DNA from: a virus | Taxonomy: Duplodnaviria > Heunggongvirae > Uroviricota > Caudoviricetes | Length of the DNA stretch: 7,865 nt | IMG/VR virus record: IMGVR_UViG_2690316115_000018 | Strand: one strand, 5' to 3' | Shown here: one piece after another, positions 6,167 through 7,865 of the stretch | How positions within the stretch are numbered: the first letter of the stretch is position 1 | Layout of the letters: every line of letters starts with the position of its first letter | Notes under the pieces: generated by a model | Databases searched by the model: none | What the model was told of the DNA's origin: nothing | Seen by the model: only the letters and a program-made list of their open reading frames with translations | Position numbers and translations under genes: made by a program

Positions 6167-6925
6167 ATGAGGAGCATAATGGCAGGTTTTTTAATATTCC
6201 TGTCTTCTGCTGCTTATGCTGATATCAATCTGTATGGTCCTGGTGGCCCGCATACAGCCTTGCTTGATGCAGCCAAACTTTATGCCGAAAAAACAGGTAT
6301 TATAGTGAACGTTCATTACGGCCCACAGAACAAATGGAATGAAGATGCCAAAAAAAATGCAGATATCTTGTTTGGCGCATCAGAACAATCTGCTCTGGCT
6401 ATCATTCGGGACCATAAAGACAGCTTCAGTGAAAAAGATATTCAGCCTCTTTATCTGCGAAAAAGTATTTTACTGGTAAAGAAAGGTAATCCTAAAAATA
6501 TCCGGAGTATTGACGACCTGACCAGACCTGGGATTGGCGTAATTGTTAATGATGGTGGTGGTACCAGTAATACATCAGGCACTGGCGTCTGGGAAGATAT
6601 TGCCGGACGTAAAGGGAATATAGAAACTGTCGCCGCAATCCGAAAAAATATTATTTTATATGCGCCCAATAGCGGAACTGCACGTAAGGCTCTTGAGAAT
6701 CAGCCTGGAGCAGATGTCTGGATAACCTGGGCTGACTGGGCAGCCAGTAATCCAGAAATTGGTGATGTCGTGGAAATAGCGCCAGACTACGTGATATGGC
6801 GTGATATGAACATTACAGTACGTCAGGATGCAAATGATGAAACCCGTCGATTTGCAGAATGGCTACAAACCGATGAAGCGGCGCCTGCATTCAAAAAATA
6901 TGGCTGGACCAGGAAAGGCACTTGA
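6167..6925 (+). CDS. secreted orphan periplasmic solute-binding protein, ModA-like (PBP type 2) fold; prophage moron
   Basis: 252 aa; AAGGAG 6 nt upstream of ATG; Sec signal peptide MRSIMAGFLIFLSSAAYA with AYA-D cleavage motif, no lipobox Cys; C-terminal FAEWLQTDEAAPAFKKYGWTRKG parallels my recollection of ModA (FYDYLKGPQAAEIFKRYGFTIK); low-GC gene with AT-rich upstream region; no permease or ATPase genes nearby. Confidence 0.75.
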   Translation: MRSIMAGFLIFLSSAAYADINLYGPGGPHTALLDAAKLYAEKTGIIVNVHYGPQNKWNEDAKKNADILFGASEQSALAIIRDHKDSFSEKDIQPLYLRKSILLVKKGNPKNIRSIDDLTRPGIGVIVNDGGGTSNTSGTGVWEDIAGRKGNIETVAAIRKNIILYAPNSGTARKALENQPGADVWITWADWAASNPEIGDVVEIAPDYVIWRDMNITVRQDANDETRRFAEWLQTDEAAPAFKKYGWTRKGT

Positions 6926-6928
6926 CAT

Positions 6929-6957
6929 CCTCGTCCTTCAGGACGTGGATTCTTTTT
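6929..6957 (+). terminator. putative rho-independent terminator after the binding-protein gene
   Basis: hairpin CCTCGTCC-ttca-GGACGTGG (one mismatch) followed by ATTCTTTTT, 4 nt after the TGA stop. Confidence 0.45.
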
Positions 6958-7044
6958 CCGGATGCCGCGCCAGCGGCATGTAGGGGCAGCTCACAAAACG
7001 GAAAAAATTGTACGCTAAGCCTCGCCAGGTGAACTGAATTCATT

Positions 7045-7068
7045 CCGATATGGGAATTCCCATATCGG
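7045..7068. promoter_or_regulatory. perfect 24-bp palindrome CCGATATGGGAATTCCCATATCGG upstream of the hok promoter
   Basis: reverse complement identical to itself; ends 12 bp upstream of the putative hok -35; function unknown. Confidence 0.4.
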
Positions 7069-7079
7069 GCGAAAACGGT

Positions 7080-7107
7080 TTGCTGTAACGGCAGAGTTAA
7101 GTAGGAT
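7080..7107 (+). promoter_or_regulatory. putative hok mRNA promoter (-35 TTGCTG, 16-nt spacer, -10 TAGGAT)
   Basis: hexamers read from sequence; places the transcript start at about 7111-7116, where the sequence GGTGCTTGAGGCTATCTGCCTC resembles the 5' end of plasmid R1 hok mRNA as I recall it. Confidence 0.45.
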
Positions 7108-7110
7108 TGC

Positions 7111-7260
7111 TGCGGGTGCTTGAGGCTATCTGCCTCGGGCATGAACACCAACGGCAGATAGATAAAAGCCCCACCCGACTATAAATCGAAGTGAGGCCCC
7201 TATATGCTCGTCACATATAGATTGCCTCTTACGGACCGAAAGGTCAAGGAGAAGCAGGCT
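7111..7260 (+). promoter_or_regulatory. hok mRNA 5' leader with tac-like hairpin and 5'/3' fold-back element
   Basis: hairpin GAGGC-tatct-GCCTC (7122-7136); alternative pairing CTATCTGCC (7125-7133) with GGCAGATAG (7155-7163); 5' end TGCGGGTGCTTGAG (7111-7124) is complementary to 3' CTCAACGCACCCGCA (7467-7481). Confidence 0.5.
7155..7215 (-). ncRNA. putative Sok-like antisense RNA (approximate bounds)
   Basis: by analogy to the sokC/mokC arrangement; minus-strand -35 TTGACC (rc of plus 7242-7247) overlaps the hok SD region, but the -10 at 17-nt spacing (CAATCT) is weak, and no clear terminator was found; existence not demonstrated. Confidence 0.3.
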
Positions 7261-7416
7261 ATGAAGCAGCAAAAGGCGATGTTAATCGCCCTGATCGTCA
7301 TCTGTTTAACCGTCATAGTGACGGCACTGGTAACGAGGAAAGACCTCTGCGAGGTACGAATCCGAACCGGCCAGACGGAGGTCGCTGTCTTCACAGCTTA
7401 CGAACCTGAGGAGTAA
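7204..7416 (+). CDS. Mok-like reading frame (in-frame N-terminal extension of Hok, 70 aa)
   Basis: ATG 7204 in frame with hok; extension MLVTYRLPLTDRKVKEKQA resembles my recollection of K-12 MokC (MLNTCRVPLTDRKVKEKRA). Confidence 0.5.
   Translation: MLVTYRLPLTDRKVKEKQAMKQQKAMLIALIVICLTVIVTALVTRKDLCEVRIRTGQTEVAVFTAYEPEE
7261..7416 (+). CDS. hokD: Hok-family type I toxin, HokD(RelF)-like, 51 aa membrane peptide
   Basis: MKQQKAMLIALIVICLTVIVTALVTRKDLCEVRIRTGQTEVAVFTAYEPEE matches my recollection of E. coli HokD and is close to HokC/Gef; AAGGAG 9 nt upstream; single transmembrane helix. Confidence 0.9.
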   Translation: MKQQKAMLIALIVICLTVIVTALVTRKDLCEVRIRTGQTEVAVFTAYEPEE

Positions 7417-7485
7417 GAGACCAGGCGGGGGAGAAATCCCTCGCCACCTCTGATGTGTCAGGCATCCTCAACGCACCCGCACTTA

Positions 7486-7517
7486 ACCCGCTTCGGCGGG
7501 TTTTTGTTTTTATTTTC
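7486..7517 (+). terminator. rho-independent terminator of hok mRNA
   Basis: hairpin ACCCGC-ttcg-GCGGGT followed by TTTTTGTTTTTATTTT. Confidence 0.75.
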
Positions 7518-7636
7518 AACGCGTTTGAAGTTCCGGACGGCGCCGGAATAGAATCAAAAATACTTAAGTAGCGCGCAGGGAGAAGAGGGATGGACCCCGA
7601 ACAGGGGAGTGCTATTTATCTGGAAGGATTCTGTTG

Positions 7637-7798
7637 ATGAGAATCGAAGAATTACGTGAAATTTTTAGTGAAGATGGCCTCTATACTGTGCGCGTTGAGA
7701 AGGGCGCTATTGTCAGCCACTGCCGTATTAAATGTTTACAGTCTCAACAAAGGAAGAGTGAACCGCCCCGGGAATCCTGGAGAGTGTTTTATCTGTGA
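7637..7798 (+). CDS. hypothetical small protein (53 aa)
   Basis: manually translated (below the ORF-track length cutoff): MRIEELREIFSEDGLYTVRVEKGAIVSHCRIKCLQSQQRKSEPPRESWRVFYL; GGAAGGA RBS 8 nt upstream; ATG overlaps the stop of a 15-codon upstream ORF (7590-7637) in a TGATG arrangement. Confidence 0.35.
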   Translation: MRIEELREIFSEDGLYTVRVEKGAIVSHCRIKCLQSQQRKSEPPRESWRVFYL

Positions 7799-7865
7799 AC
7801 TCAGGCTGCCAGATCATCGTTTCCGATGGAAGCATAATAAGCTTTTTCTGCTTCTGCCGGAGGAG

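Noticed and set aside
6926-7260. relBE genes upstream of the HokD-like gene, as in K-12
   Set aside because: All frames upstream of hok are closed by stops within a few codons; the region instead carries hok-leader features
6451-7394. Minus-strand ORFs 6451..6669, 6891..7151 and 7200..7394
   Set aside because: Antisense to the binding-protein gene, the hok leader and the hok gene respectively; no RBS; the hok-region function on this strand is expected to be an RNA, not a protein
7220-7409. Mok frame overlapping hok out of frame, as I recalled for plasmid R1
   Set aside because: The alternative open frame 7221-7409 contains no ATG, GTG or TTG start; the upstream reading frame is in-frame with hok, as in chromosomal mokC
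1-7865. tRNA, rRNA, CRISPR array, integrase or IS element
   Set aside because: No cloverleaf-like segment, no regularly spaced direct repeats, no recombinase or transposase-like ORF and no terminal inverted repeats with target duplications were seen

Overview
This window reads as the immunity and replication region of a lambdoid, Qin/DicA-type prophage from an E. coli-like enterobacterium, with two AT-rich cargo islands. Left to right: a structured GC-rich non-coding stretch (1-330); an AT-rich small gene (331-564, +) convergent with three minus-strand early-left genes of unknown function (542-1619); a pL-like promoter/operator; a DicA-like repressor (1827-2234, -); a divergent operator/promoter region; a DicC/P22-Cro-like gene; a YdaT/CII-like gene; a replication initiator with an HTH N-terminus and DnaT-like C-terminus that carries iteron-like repeats; a lambda-P-like helicase loader overlapping the initiator 3' end; a winged-helix-like hypothetical with an ATGA-coupled small ORF; an apparently frameshifted coding remnant; an AT-rich moron encoding a secreted orphan ModA-fold solute-binding protein; and a complete hok/mok/sok-type type I toxin-antitoxin locus with a HokD-like toxin. 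No tRNA, rRNA, CRISPR array or transposase was seen. The best candidates for undescribed biology are the four unrecognisable genes beside the repressor and the orphan binding-protein moron next to hok. All family assignments come from motif recognition and recalled sequences, not from searches.
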